Below, piece after piece: positions 1-8,039 of a stretch of DNA of 42,806 bases (the first letter of the stretch is position 1; each line of letters begins with the position of its first letter). The notes beneath the pieces are model-generated. The model was not told the DNA's origin. It ran no database searches and worked only from the letters and a program-made list of their open reading frames with translations. The stretch comes from Clostridia bacterium (GTDB taxonomy: Bacteria; Bacillota; Clostridia; Christensenellales; UBA1242), in assembly GCA_046882085.1 (NCBI GenBank), contig JBKSNA010000049.1:1-42806 (forward strand), in the 5' to 3' direction. The position numbers and the translations under genes are program-made.

Positions 1-84
1 GACGACCCCTCTGTATTCTAATAATTCTCCATTGCTTTCTCCCATATCAATATTAACAAGCAAAGAACCTTTTGTCAGTACAAC

Positions 85-107
85 AAAAAAACCCGCACAA
101 ACGGGTT
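85..107 (-). terminator. intrinsic terminator after rplT
   Basis: Minus strand AACCCG-tttgtg-CGGGTT followed by a U-run, just after the rplT stop. Confidence 0.8.
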
Positions 108-115
108 CTTCCTTA

Positions 116-466
116 TTATTTAGCCTTCTTAGCAGTCTCTACTAATTTAGCAAAAGCAACTTTGTCAGTAGCAGCTAAATCAGCCAATACCTTTCTATTA
201 AGGTCAACATTAGCCTTCTTCAAGCCATTGATAAATACACTGTATGAGATACCATTCTCACGACAACCAGCATTGATACGAGTAATCCATAGAGAACGCA
301 TATCACGCTTTCTAAGCTTACGACCAATGTAAGCATATTGTCCAGACTTCATCACAGCTTCACGAGCAACACGGTAAAGCTTAGACTTAGCACCTCTGTA
401 ACCCTTAGCAGCCTTTAAGATAGCACGACGCTTCTTAACAGCATTAACACCACGCTTAATTCTCAT
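116..466 (-). CDS. rplT: 50S ribosomal protein L20
   Basis: MRIKRGV...[12 protein letters not shown]...[15 protein letters not shown]; infC-rpmI-rplT order. Confidence 0.99.
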   Translation of the reverse strand: MRIKRGVNAVKKRRAILKAAKGYRGAKSKLYRVAREAVMKSGQYAYIGRKLRKRDMRSLWITRINAGCRENGISYSVFINGLKKANVDLNRKVLADLAATDKVAFAKLVETAKKAK

Positions 467-476
467 AGTCTTCCTC

Positions 477-665
477 CTATATCATTTCTTTTATGTTTCT
501 CTGAAATTGCTTAGAAACATAACCTGTCTTTCTTAGATTTCTCTTTCTCTTTCTTGACTTCTTAGTCAAAATGTGGCCCTTACCATCGTGCATCATCTTA
601 ATCTTACCTGTACCAGTAAGGCTAAAACGCTTAGCCACAGCCTTTCTTGTCTTCATTTTTGGCAT
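477..665 (-). CDS. rpmI: 50S ribosomal protein L35
   Basis: [23 protein letters not shown]...[15 protein letters not shown]; lies between infC and rplT. Confidence 0.98.
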   Translation of the reverse strand: MPKMKTRKAVAKRFSLTGTGKIKMMHDGKGHILTKKSRKRKRNLRKTGYVSKQFQRNIKEMI

Positions 666-707
666 AATAAAATTCTCCTTTAATATTTTTTGTGTAAAAG
701 AAATAAA

Positions 708-1220
708 TTACTTCTTAGAAATAGGCGCTAAGAACATAAAGATATTACGTCCATTAATCTCAGGCTTCTTGTCGATCTGACCAACACTAGCACACAATTC
801 TGCAAACTTGTTCATATTGTCAATACCGATCTGTGGACGAATCTGAATTCTACCCTTCATGCGAATGCTAACCTTTACTTTGCTACCATCTGCTAAAAAT
901 TTGCAAACTTGTTTTGCCTTAATCTCAAGGTCGTGATCATCAATATTCATTGATAATCTCATTTCTTTTGTTTCTGCAATTTTCTGACCCTTCTTTTGTT
1001 CTTTGAGCTTCTTCATCTCATCGAACTTATACTTACTATAGTCCATAATCTTGCATACTGGTGGCTTCGCCTCTGGAGCGATTAGCACCAAGTCTAAGTC
1101 ATATCCTTCGGCTACTTCGAGTGCCTTAGCACTAGACATGATGCCGAGCTGTTCTGACTCTGGTCCGATAAGACGAACCTCAGGTAAAACAATTTGTTCA
1201 TTTTTAAGTGTTTCTCTCAA
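708..1220 (-). CDS. infC: translation initiation factor IF-3
   Basis: NEQI..EVRLIG, DLVLIAPEAKPPVCKIMDYSKYKF, KEMRLS..IDDHD; TTG start after AGGAGG. Confidence 0.98.
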   Translation of the reverse strand: MRETLKNEQIVLPEVRLIGPESEQLGIMSSAKALEVAEGYDLDLVLIAPEAKPPVCKIMDYSKYKFDEMKKLKEQKKGQKIAETKEMRLSMNIDDHDLEIKAKQVCKFLADGSKVKVSIRMKGRIQIRPQIGIDNMNKFAELCASVGQIDKKPEINGRNIFMFLAPISKK

Positions 1221-1236
1221 ATTCCCTCCTACCCAA

Positions 1237-1363
1237 AGAAAAATGGGTTACTTTATGTAAAAGCACCCACTTGACACTAAAAATTATATAGAAATATTCA
1301 ACATAATTTTATGACCATTGTCGCTCTATTGCTCCAAGGTGAGAAGTGGTACTCCTACTTTTA
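1237..1363 (-). promoter_or_regulatory. L20 leader (ribosomal protein leader with terminator)
   Basis: Minus strand AAGTAGGAGTACCACTTCTCACC...GTGTCAAGTGGGTGC...ACCCATTTTTT resembles the Firmicute L20 leader; directly 5' of infC. Confidence 0.85.
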
Positions 1364-1370
1364 CGATTTT

Positions 1371-1399
1371 ATTATACCAAATACTCTTCACCTTGTCAA
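1371..1399 (-). promoter_or_regulatory. sigma-A promoter of infC operon
   Basis: TTGACA-17nt-TATAAT with extended TG. Confidence 0.85.
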
Positions 1400-1417
1400 T
1401 AGTTTTTAATAAATAAA

Positions 1418-1801
1418 TTAAAATTTTATTTCTTCATCTGTCGAATAATATTTTTCGAGCAAATCAGCATAATCTACGAATTGTCCGCTCAACGTATCTT
1501 GCCATGCTTGAGTAAGCGTTGCATTTCTCACATACTCGTCTGATTTGGAATCATCAGTACTTACCAAGCAAGAAAATGTGCTAAGTAAGAAACTAGCATT
1601 CTTATGCTTATTCGCACGAGACACTAACGAAAATCTACCACATACAGTAGGACCGTCTTTCAACTTACACCTAATGTACTCGTCTACATTCTCAGTAGCA
1701 TTACCTTTTTTCTTAAGATATACTCTAATATGTTTATTGAAGAAATCGTCAAATACTTCATCAGGTAATGTTCTAATATCTATACTTTCCATATCTATCA
1801 T
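1418..1801 (-). CDS. orphan hypothetical protein (~127 aa)
   Basis: Open ORF with its own TTGACA(1839-1834)-17-TATAAT(1816-1811). The ATG at 1810 abuts the -10 box, so 1801 or 1792 is the likelier start. Confidence 0.7.
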   Translation of the reverse strand: MIDMESIDIRTLPDEVFDDFFNKHIRVYLKKKGNATENVDEYIRCKLKDGPTVCGRFSLVSRANKHKNASFLLSTFSCLVSTDDSKSDEYVRNATLTQAWQDTLSGQFVDYADLLEKYYSTDEEIKF

Positions 1802-1840
1802 CTCCACCATATTATACCATATTATTTTTATTTTGTCAAA

Positions 1841-3823
1841 TTAGTCTGTGATTAGTTGTGAAATATGTTTTCTAAAGAAGTCTTCTTTCTCTTTGATTTC
1901 TGTAATCTTGCCTTCTCTATTATTGTCTAAGATCTTATAAAAATCTTCAAAGATATACTCCCAACTGAACGCCTTATCTTTGTCTAGACCGATCATATCA
2001 GCAACATATTCACTACCTGTAGGCACAATAGGATGAAGTAAAATATCTGCAGTAATAATCATCTGGAATGTATCAATAGTTAGCTGAGCTAACTTCTCAG
2101 CAGTATCTGCTTCGTTCACGTATTTAGCCCAATGCTTATTCATATTACGAATGAATACATCGATAGTGTTATACACTTGGTGAAGTTTCTTATCATGCAT
2201 AAGTATTTCATACTTTAATATTGTAGATTTACATAATTCCATAATATCAGTAGATACTGTACCTACAGGAATAACCCCATCAAAATTCTTCTGAGTCGAA
2301 TAGAATATCGTACGCAAGATTCTATTGTATACATTAGTGAGTAGATTACCCTCCAACACCATAGAATCAAGTTCATCTTCTTTAGCATTAGGATCGAAAG
2401 CTTTAGGTGATAGGCTAACATTATTATTAGCAACATTCATCGCCAAGAAGTGCATTCTAAATTGTTCCTTAGTATAATGGTCTAAGAAATCCATAGCCAT
2501 TGGAGGCTTAATATTACCTGAACTACTAGCCTTGCTATTCATATATAAGATTGATTTGATAGGATTGATATTAGTAATCCTTAATTCTCCTTCTGCTGGA
2601 TCAATTGTAGGATTCTCTCCTTGCAATGACAAGAACATAGCCTGCTGTGCTGGTCCATAGAAATACAAGTTATCCTCCCCTAAGAACTGATGAACTTCTG
2701 CATCTTTGCTACACCAATATTTCTTCCAATCATTAATATCTTTGCCAGACTTCTCTAGATATGTCTTAGTAAAACTTATAGGTGCCCATAGACTCTCTGG
2801 CCAACAATAGAATGTTTTATCCTTCACTCCAAGGTACTCTGGACAAGGTACGCCCCACTCAATATCTCCTGTGAGTCTAAATGGAGTGAGCGTCTTACCT
2901 GTACGATAGCGAATAGAATTATTAGCAAATATTTCACAAGCCTTCTCACGACTAGTCAAATCTTTGAATATTAGCGTAACACTTGGAGCTTTTGGATTCT
3001 TATCCTCTATCTCGTATTCTGGCACATCTAGAGTCTTCACTGTGTCTAGGTATTCACGCTTTAAATACACTTCTGGCAATTTGAAAAACTCGTTAATTTC
3101 TTTAATCATAAATGAAGGAGTGTCTTTCTTTCTAGCGATTGAATCTGTCCATTCTCTTAGAATATCTACGCATTTATCTAGGTCAAAATAAATATTATCT
3201 CTCTCTACTAATATTGGTGTTTCGCCACTTAATTCAGATATCGGATTGATTAGATCTTGTGGAAGATACTGATGACCTAAGCCACATTCGTCGGCATAGC
3301 CCTTTTCGCTCTGACAACCTTCAATAGGGCACTTACCTACTACTTGACGGCCATTTAGAAGACAATTGCACTTCTTATCGAAGAATTGCCATGAAGAATA
3401 CTTAGTAATCATATTTGCACGACTCAAACCATCGATAAACTCTTCACTAGTCTTATGATGAATCTCTCCACTTCTACCTAATGCAGATGCTCCAAAATGA
3501 TCGAATACAATATCAAAAGCATTGAATATTTCTTCTTGCATCTTATGATTGTGCTCTAGGTAGTCTTCAATAGTTGGGAATCTAGTATCTCCAGACTCAA
3601 TTAATTTTCGATAACTCTCTACCGCTGTAGAGCCATAACAGTCGGTACCTGACACAAAGATAACATTGTCCTTGCCAATGCGATCCTTCAAAAATCTCGC
3701 CACAATATCAGCTCTAAGTGCCATACCTACGTGACCATGATGTAATAACTTATTTCCATAAGGCATACCTGCAGTAACTACTGCACGCTTAGGGAATTCA
3801 GGTCTTCTAATCTCAAAATCCAT
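1841..3823 (-). CDS. metG: methionine--tRNA ligase, divergent class I type
   Basis: VTAGMPYGN..HHGH (HIGH), SGTDCYGS, Zn-knuckle region GKCP..GC...ADEC..GH, DIEWGVP, FLGEDN..FY, KASSS (KMSKS equivalent). Confidence 0.85.
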   Translation of the reverse strand: MDFEIRRPEFPKRAVVTAGMPYGNKLLHHGHVGMALRADIVARFLKDRIGKDNVIFVSGTDCYGSTAVESYRKLIESGDTRFPTIEDYLEHNHKMQEEIFNAFDIVFDHFGASALGRSGEIHHKTSEEFIDGLSRANMITKYSSWQFFDKKCNCLLNGRQVVGKCPIEGCQSEKGYADECGLGHQYLPQDLINPISELSGETPILVERDNIYFDLDKCVDILREWTDSIARKKDTPSFMIKEINEFFKLPEVYLKREYLDTVKTLDVPEYEIEDKNPKAPSVTLIFKDLTSREKACEIFANNSIRYRTGKTLTPFRLTGDIEWGVPCPEYLGVKDKTFYCWPESLWAPISFTKTYLEKSGKDINDWKKYWCSKDAEVHQFLGEDNLYFYGPAQQAMFLSLQGENPTIDPAEGELRITNINPIKSILYMNSKASSSGNIKPPMAMDFLDHYTKEQFRMHFLAMNVANNNVSLSPKAFDPNAKEDELDSMVLEGNLLTNVYNRILRTIFYSTQKNFDGVIPVGTVSTDIMELCKSTILKYEILMHDKKLHQVYNTIDVFIRNMNKHWAKYVNEADTAEKLAQLTIDTFQMIITADILLHPIVPTGSEYVADMIGLDKDKAFSWEYIFEDFYKILDNNREGKITEIKEKEDFFRKHISQLITD

Positions 3824-3834
3824 ATACTCTCCTT

Positions 3835-3869
3835 AAAATAAAAGCACCCCAATTTTTGTTGGAGTGCCT
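3835..3869 (-). terminator. terminator hairpin in metG 5' leader (attenuator)
   Basis: GCACTCCAA-caaaaa-TTGGGGTGC then TTTTATTTT, between the promoter and the metG RBS. Confidence 0.75.
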
Positions 3870-3903
3870 AAAATCAATTCTTCACAAAAAAAGGTCTATA
3901 ACA

Positions 3904-3954
3904 TTATATAGATAACATGATATATTGTTGTTGCTGTTGAAGTCCTCTTTTCAT
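3904..3954 (-). CDS. putative leaderless leader peptide MKRGLQQQQQYIMLSI
   Basis: ATG lies 7 nt after the -10 box; CAA CAG CAA CAA CAA at 3939-3925; stop codon inside a hairpin followed by CC and U7. Confidence 0.6.
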   Translation of the reverse strand: MKRGLQQQQQYIMLSI

Positions 3955-3961
3955 TATTATA

Positions 3962-3990
3962 ATGATATCATAGGAAATTTCAATTGTCAA
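3962..3990 (-). promoter_or_regulatory. sigma-A promoter for leader peptide/metG
   Basis: TTGACA-17nt-TATCAT with extended TGn. Confidence 0.8.
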
Positions 3991-4020
3991 CGATTTTTGA
4001 AAATTAATATTTTTATTTAG

Positions 4021-4053
4021 AAAAAGAAAAACACTCGGTTGAGTGTTTTCTTT
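4021..4053 (-). terminator. intrinsic terminator after thyX
   Basis: AAAACACTC-ggtt-GAGTGTTTT inverted repeat with A/T tails. Confidence 0.8.
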
Positions 4054-5235
4054 CTATATTAATCTATCACCCTTAATCCCGTCAGTGAATCCGCATGGTT
4101 TGACACAGGTATAATCAGGGAATGTACATCTGGATCCTTTAGAATACTGCTCTAGCTCTTCCGCTCTTGGATGATTTTTCTTCTTCAATTCTGATATATA
4201 CATTTTGAGCAATAGATTAGTCTGATCGTTTATCTCGAGTTGGGCACAAGCACACATTCTCTCTTTCATCTTTAGAATAAACGCATCAAAATTACCAAAT
4301 TCATTGATGTTCACTAGTAATCCTTGAGGGAATTTAGATGCTTGAGATTCGCAATCCCTAATCCACTCAGATGCCAACGCATGACTCCTAACAAGTAATG
4401 GCGGAACAAAGAACTCTGGATCTTCGAGTAATGTCATATTGTATCTTATAGTACGATGTCTATGTGCTTGAGCGAGCTGTGCTAGACTACCCTTGTAGCT
4501 CACTGAATAAACATCTCCAAAGTACTGCTCAGGTTTGATTAGTCTACCTATAAGAGACAATTTTCTATTCTTATTCTCTACTCCTAACTCAATATCTCTA
4601 TCTAAATATTCTCCGCAAGTTTCTTCTAGTTGAGTGCAAAATTCTCTCATTGCGGGCTTTAATTGTGTCATGAATTCATCGCTCTCTTCAGAATTGATTT
4701 CATTAATTAACATTTCATATATGTAGTTTAGTTGTCTATAACTAACACTATACACCATAGTAGTAGGAGTGAATGCAGATATCAAATATCTAGCATTCTC
4801 TTGTGCTAATTTACCAATTTTCTCATCAGTGAAGAAATTTGGACATTTTTCTTTATACTCTTCTGTAATGAGTGTAGCGAATGTTTCTAGCCACTTGTCA
4901 TATAGTTTCTGTTCGCCCTCTTCTAACACCATCTTAGTGTATCTAGCAGACTTCTCACTGGTGGTATACATACCTTCGTTATTTAATACCATAGCTAGTG
5001 CCTTAGGAATATTCTCTAGAGACAAATTAATAGTTGGGTGATCAAAAACGCTGTGGTGTTGATTAGATTTGGTAAAATTCGCTCTACCTAGAGTCCTCTT
5101 CAATGGTTCGTTCAATAATGCGTCGAAATTATCCGGCATATAACACACACCACCAGCATGCCCGCTTAGACGCTCTAATTCTTCTTTGGTCGCCAAATAT
5201 CCTTCTTTGGTTGAACCTACTACTGATATTTTCAT
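4054..5235 (-). CDS. thyX: FAD-dependent thymidylate synthase, tandem two-domain type
   Basis: HHSVFDH, SEKSARY and AQENARYL in the N half; QAHRHRT and AQLEI in the C half; 393 aa. Confidence 0.8.
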   Translation of the reverse strand: MKISVVGSTKEGYLATKEELERLSGHAGGVCYMPDNFDALLNEPLKRTLGRANFTKSNQHHSVFDHPTINLSLENIPKALAMVLNNEGMYTTSEKSARYTKMVLEEGEQKLYDKWLETFATLITEEYKEKCPNFFTDEKIGKLAQENARYLISAFTPTTMVYSVSYRQLNYIYEMLINEINSEESDEFMTQLKPAMREFCTQLEETCGEYLDRDIELGVENKNRKLSLIGRLIKPEQYFGDVYSVSYKGSLAQLAQAHRHRTIRYNMTLLEDPEFFVPPLLVRSHALASEWIRDCESQASKFPQGLLVNINEFGNFDAFILKMKERMCACAQLEINDQTNLLLKMYISELKKKNHPRAEELEQYSKGSRCTFPDYTCVKPCGFTDGIKGDRLI

Positions 5236-5325
5236 AAAACCCTCCTAAAATTTTTGCTATTATAATTAAGAAATCAAAATTTGTCAACAAATTTAATACA
5301 CTATCACGTATAGAATTTTGACATC

Positions 5326-5354
5326 AAAAAAGACACTATATTAATAGTGTCTTT
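5326..5354 (-). terminator. intrinsic terminator after rplS
   Basis: AAAAGACACTAT-atta-ATAGTGTCTTTT inverted repeat. Confidence 0.8.
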
Positions 5355-5373
5355 TCTCATCAATCTCAAACGA

Positions 5374-5718
5374 TTAGGCTCTCTTTTCTTTAACTTTAGC
5401 AGCCTTACCAGAAAGATTACGAATGTAGTAGATCTTAGCACGTCTAACCTTACCCTGTCTAACAACAATCACTTTATCAATTCTAGGACTGTTCATAGGG
5501 AAAGTACGCTCTACTCCGATACCAAATGAAACTCTTCTAACTGTGAAAGTTTCTCTGATACCAGCACCTTTCTTCGCAATTACCACACCTTCGTATGCTT
5601 GGATACGCTCTTTGTCGCCTTCTTTGACTTTAACCATTACTCTAACGGTGTCTCCAATGTTAAAAGAAGCGATGTCACTACGTAATTGCTCTTTCTCGAT
5701 TTGGTCGATAATATTCAT
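5374..5718 (-). CDS. rplS: 50S ribosomal protein L19
   Basis: [27 protein letters not shown]...[18 protein letters not shown]...[12 protein letters not shown]. Confidence 0.99.
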   Translation of the reverse strand: MNIIDQIEKEQLRSDIASFNIGDTVRVMVKVKEGDKERIQAYEGVVIAKKGAGIRETFTVRRVSFGIGVERTFPMNSPRIDKVIVVRQGKVRRAKIYYIRNLSGKAAKVKEKRA

Positions 5719-5721
5719 AAT

Positions 5722-5770
5722 TTACCTCCTATTTGACGTTCTTGCGATTGGAACACAGCGGACCGCCAAC
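5722..5770 (-). promoter_or_regulatory. L19 leader
   Basis: Minus strand GGCGGTCCGCTGTG...AAGAACGTC just 5' of the rplS RBS; promoter TTGCAA-17-TATACT at 5805-5777. Confidence 0.7.
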
Positions 5771-5846
5771 AAATGTAGTATAACATAACTAAAATATATT
5801 TGCAAGGGTTTTTAGTAAATTTATTAAAATAAATTATCCATTTCTT

Positions 5847-6154
5847 TTAGTAGAGAATTAATATGATCTCTTTTAGCCTCTTCTTCTTTTCCAATTCTTT
5901 TGAATAAGCATTTATTAATTTATCCTTTATTTCTTTAGGGATATCTCCTGTATACAATTCACAACTATGCGTATGCTCTTTTAATAATTTTAATATAAAT
6001 ATTTTTCTTGAAGCAACCAATTCATCTGAGTCTGGTTCTTTTGACAAAAAATAATATAACGCTTTACACATAATAGCATCTATTTTTTTAGATAATCCCG
6101 ATACATCTTAATTTCATTCTTTTGTTCTTCTGTTAATAGTTCTTGGTTTTCCAT
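5847..6154 (-). pseudogene. orphan gene split by a 1-nt frameshift at an A7 run (pseudogene, phase-variable or recoded)
   Basis: Promoter TTGACA-16-TATAAT (6202-6175), AAGGAG RBS, ATG 6154 reads MENQELLTEEQKNEIKMYRDYLKK*; one extra A joins it to ORF 5847-6071 (102 aa). Confidence 0.65.
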
Positions 6155-6205
6155 ATTTTCTCCTTGATGACTACATTATATCAGAATTCTTAAATTTGTC
6201 AATAC

Positions 6206-6553
6206 CTAAAATGCGTCAACTATATGTCTAATCTCATGCTCGGCATCTCCTAGTACTGAAATCGCATCGAACCGACATGGCGAGTTCATTTTCTTATGTG
6301 TGATTAGATAAAGTGTCGCCACATTATGTATTTTAATTTGTTTTCGTTCGTCGATCGCCTCTAATGGATCGCCGAATTGTCTAGAGAATCTTCCCTTCAC
6401 CTCTACGAATACAATATAATCACCATCTTTTGCTATTATATCTATCTCACCGACTTTGTTCTTGTAGTTGGTCTCTAAGATTATATAGCCTTTCTTGATT
6501 AAATATTGCTGTGCTATTATTTCGCACTTCTTTCCGTAGTTATGCGAGTCCAT
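6206..6553 (-). CDS. yraN: YraN family (UPF0102) nuclease-like protein
   Basis: G..CE..A..YL..KGY.ILE.NY....GEIDIIAKD...VFVEVK.R...RFDAI; follows rnhB. Confidence 0.95.
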   Translation of the reverse strand: MDSHNYGKKCEIIAQQYLIKKGYIILETNYKNKVGEIDIIAKDGDYIVFVEVKGRFSRQFGDPLEAIDERKQIKIHNVATLYLITHKKMNSPCRFDAISVLGDAEHEIRHIVDAF

Positions 6554-7167
6554 TCGTCTTCTCCTAATATCTTTTTTAAGAAACTCATTCTATGTATAGG
6601 CGTAATGCCGTGAGCCATAATTCCCTCAATATGCTTCTTAGTACCATAACCGACATTGTTCTCAAAGTCGTAGTTTGGATAAACTAAAGCATAATCTTCC
6701 ATCATTCTATCTCTATATACTTTCGCCACGATCGAAGCACAAGCGATAGCATAACTAGTCGCATCTCCCTTGATTATAGCCTTTTCGTTCGGTGCAATAT
6801 TGAGTTTCACCGCATCTACAAGCAATAAATCAGGTTTGATAGTGAGCTTATCGTATGACTCTTTCATACATTCTTTAGTTGCATTGAGTATATTAATCTC
6901 ATCTATTCTATCCTGATCTCGTACTGATATGGATACCGCCTTTGCATTAGATAAGATCTCATCATACAATCGTTCACGATTCTTCTTGGTAACCTTCTTG
7001 CTATCGAACACCCCATCAATCATCTTGTCATAAGGCATAATAACACAGGCGGTTACCACTGGTCCAGCGAGAGGTCCTCGCCCTACCTCATCAATACCTG
7101 CGATTAGTTTAATTTCATCTGTAAGTAACGACTTATCAAAATCAAATATTTCTTTAGTGTTAATCAT
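6517..7167 (-). CDS. rnhB: ribonuclease HII
   Basis: AGIDEVGRGPLAGPVV, DSKK, IKGDA.S..IACASIVAKV.RD, GYGT..H, HRMSF; start taken at the TAATG overlap with rbgA. Confidence 0.97.
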   Translation of the reverse strand: MINTKEIFDFDKSLLTDEIKLIAGIDEVGRGPLAGPVVTACVIMPYDKMIDGVFDSKKVTKKNRERLYDEILSNAKAVSISVRDQDRIDEINILNATKECMKESYDKLTIKPDLLLVDAVKLNIAPNEKAIIKGDATSYAIACASIVAKVYRDRMMEDYALVYPNYDFENNVGYGTKKHIEGIMAHGITPIHRMSFLKKILGEDEWTRITTERSAK

Positions 7168-8003
7168 TACAACTCCAATTCCAAACAAATCTTGCCAAGT
7201 TTGCCTGTACGGAAATCTCCAAGAACGAGTCTACCCGTACGTTCGAGATCAATTCCGCCACCTTTGATCATACATCCACGCTTCTTACCAATCAATTCCA
7301 ATATCTCTAAATCTGTAGTATTATCATCGTATGATATACCATATCTAGTAGAAATACAATCTATAGCACGAAGTCGTGAAATCAATCTTTTACCCACTTC
7401 AACAAGGTTCAACACTTCATCTTTAACAGATCCTACGAATGCAAGATTATACGCACTATCTTCATTATCGAATGTAGGAAGAAGTACTCCCGGAGTATCC
7501 ATTACTTCGATATTGTTATCAATCTTGATCCATTGTTTACTACGAGTAACGCCCGCTTTATTGCCTGTCACTGCTCTACCTTTATTACATAGATTGTTGA
7601 CGATTGTAGACTTGCCAGAATTTGGTACACCTAGTACCATAGCACGAAGAATAAAGTTGACTTGATTCGTTCTATTCTTAGCGAGACGCTCAGCAAATAT
7701 CTTCTTAATTTCACTAACTATAATCTTCGCATTACCGCTAATAGTAGCATTCATTGATACGCAAGAATGTCCAAGAGAGATGAAGTATTCCTTCATTTTA
7801 TCTAGATCACTCTTCTCTACTGTGTCTGCCTTGTTTAGAACGAAAATAATAGGTTTGCCTTTCACTACCTTTACGAACTCAGGATTTATACTACTCTTAG
7901 GACATCTCGCGTCCACTACATAAATGAAACAATCGCAGAGTTTACTATCACTCTGCATTTGCTTCAAAGTTTTGTTCATATGTCCTGGAAACCAATTAAT
8001 CAT
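7167..8003 (-). CDS. rbgA: ribosome biogenesis GTPase RbgA/YlqF
   Basis: INWFPGHM, DARCP.SS.NP, NKAD, GVPNSGKST, GVTR..QW, DTPG, FRTGKLGK. Confidence 0.97.
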   Translation of the reverse strand: MINWFPGHMNKTLKQMQSDSKLCDCFIYVVDARCPKSSINPEFVKVVKGKPIIFVLNKADTVEKSDLDKMKEYFISLGHSCVSMNATISGNAKIIVSEIKKIFAERLAKNRTNQVNFILRAMVLGVPNSGKSTIVNNLCNKGRAVTGNKAGVTRSKQWIKIDNNIEVMDTPGVLLPTFDNEDSAYNLAFVGSVKDEVLNLVEVGKRLISRLRAIDCISTRYGISYDDNTTDLEILELIGKKRGCMIKGGGIDLERTGRLVLGDFRTGKLGKICLELEL

Positions 8004-8039
8004 TATTCTCTCCTATGTATCTTATTATCAACATTAATG

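Noticed and set aside
1-78. Possible minus-strand CDS start at 45 (MGESNGELLEYRGVV...) behind CTGACA-17-TAATAT
   Set aside because: The ATG is only 4 nt from the -10 box, the alternative ATG at 32 stops after 4 codons, and the window edge prevents a call.
3835-3960. T-box or SAM riboswitch upstream of metG
   Set aside because: No AAGGTGGNACC-type T-box or SAM-I core, and the leader is too short (~130 nt).
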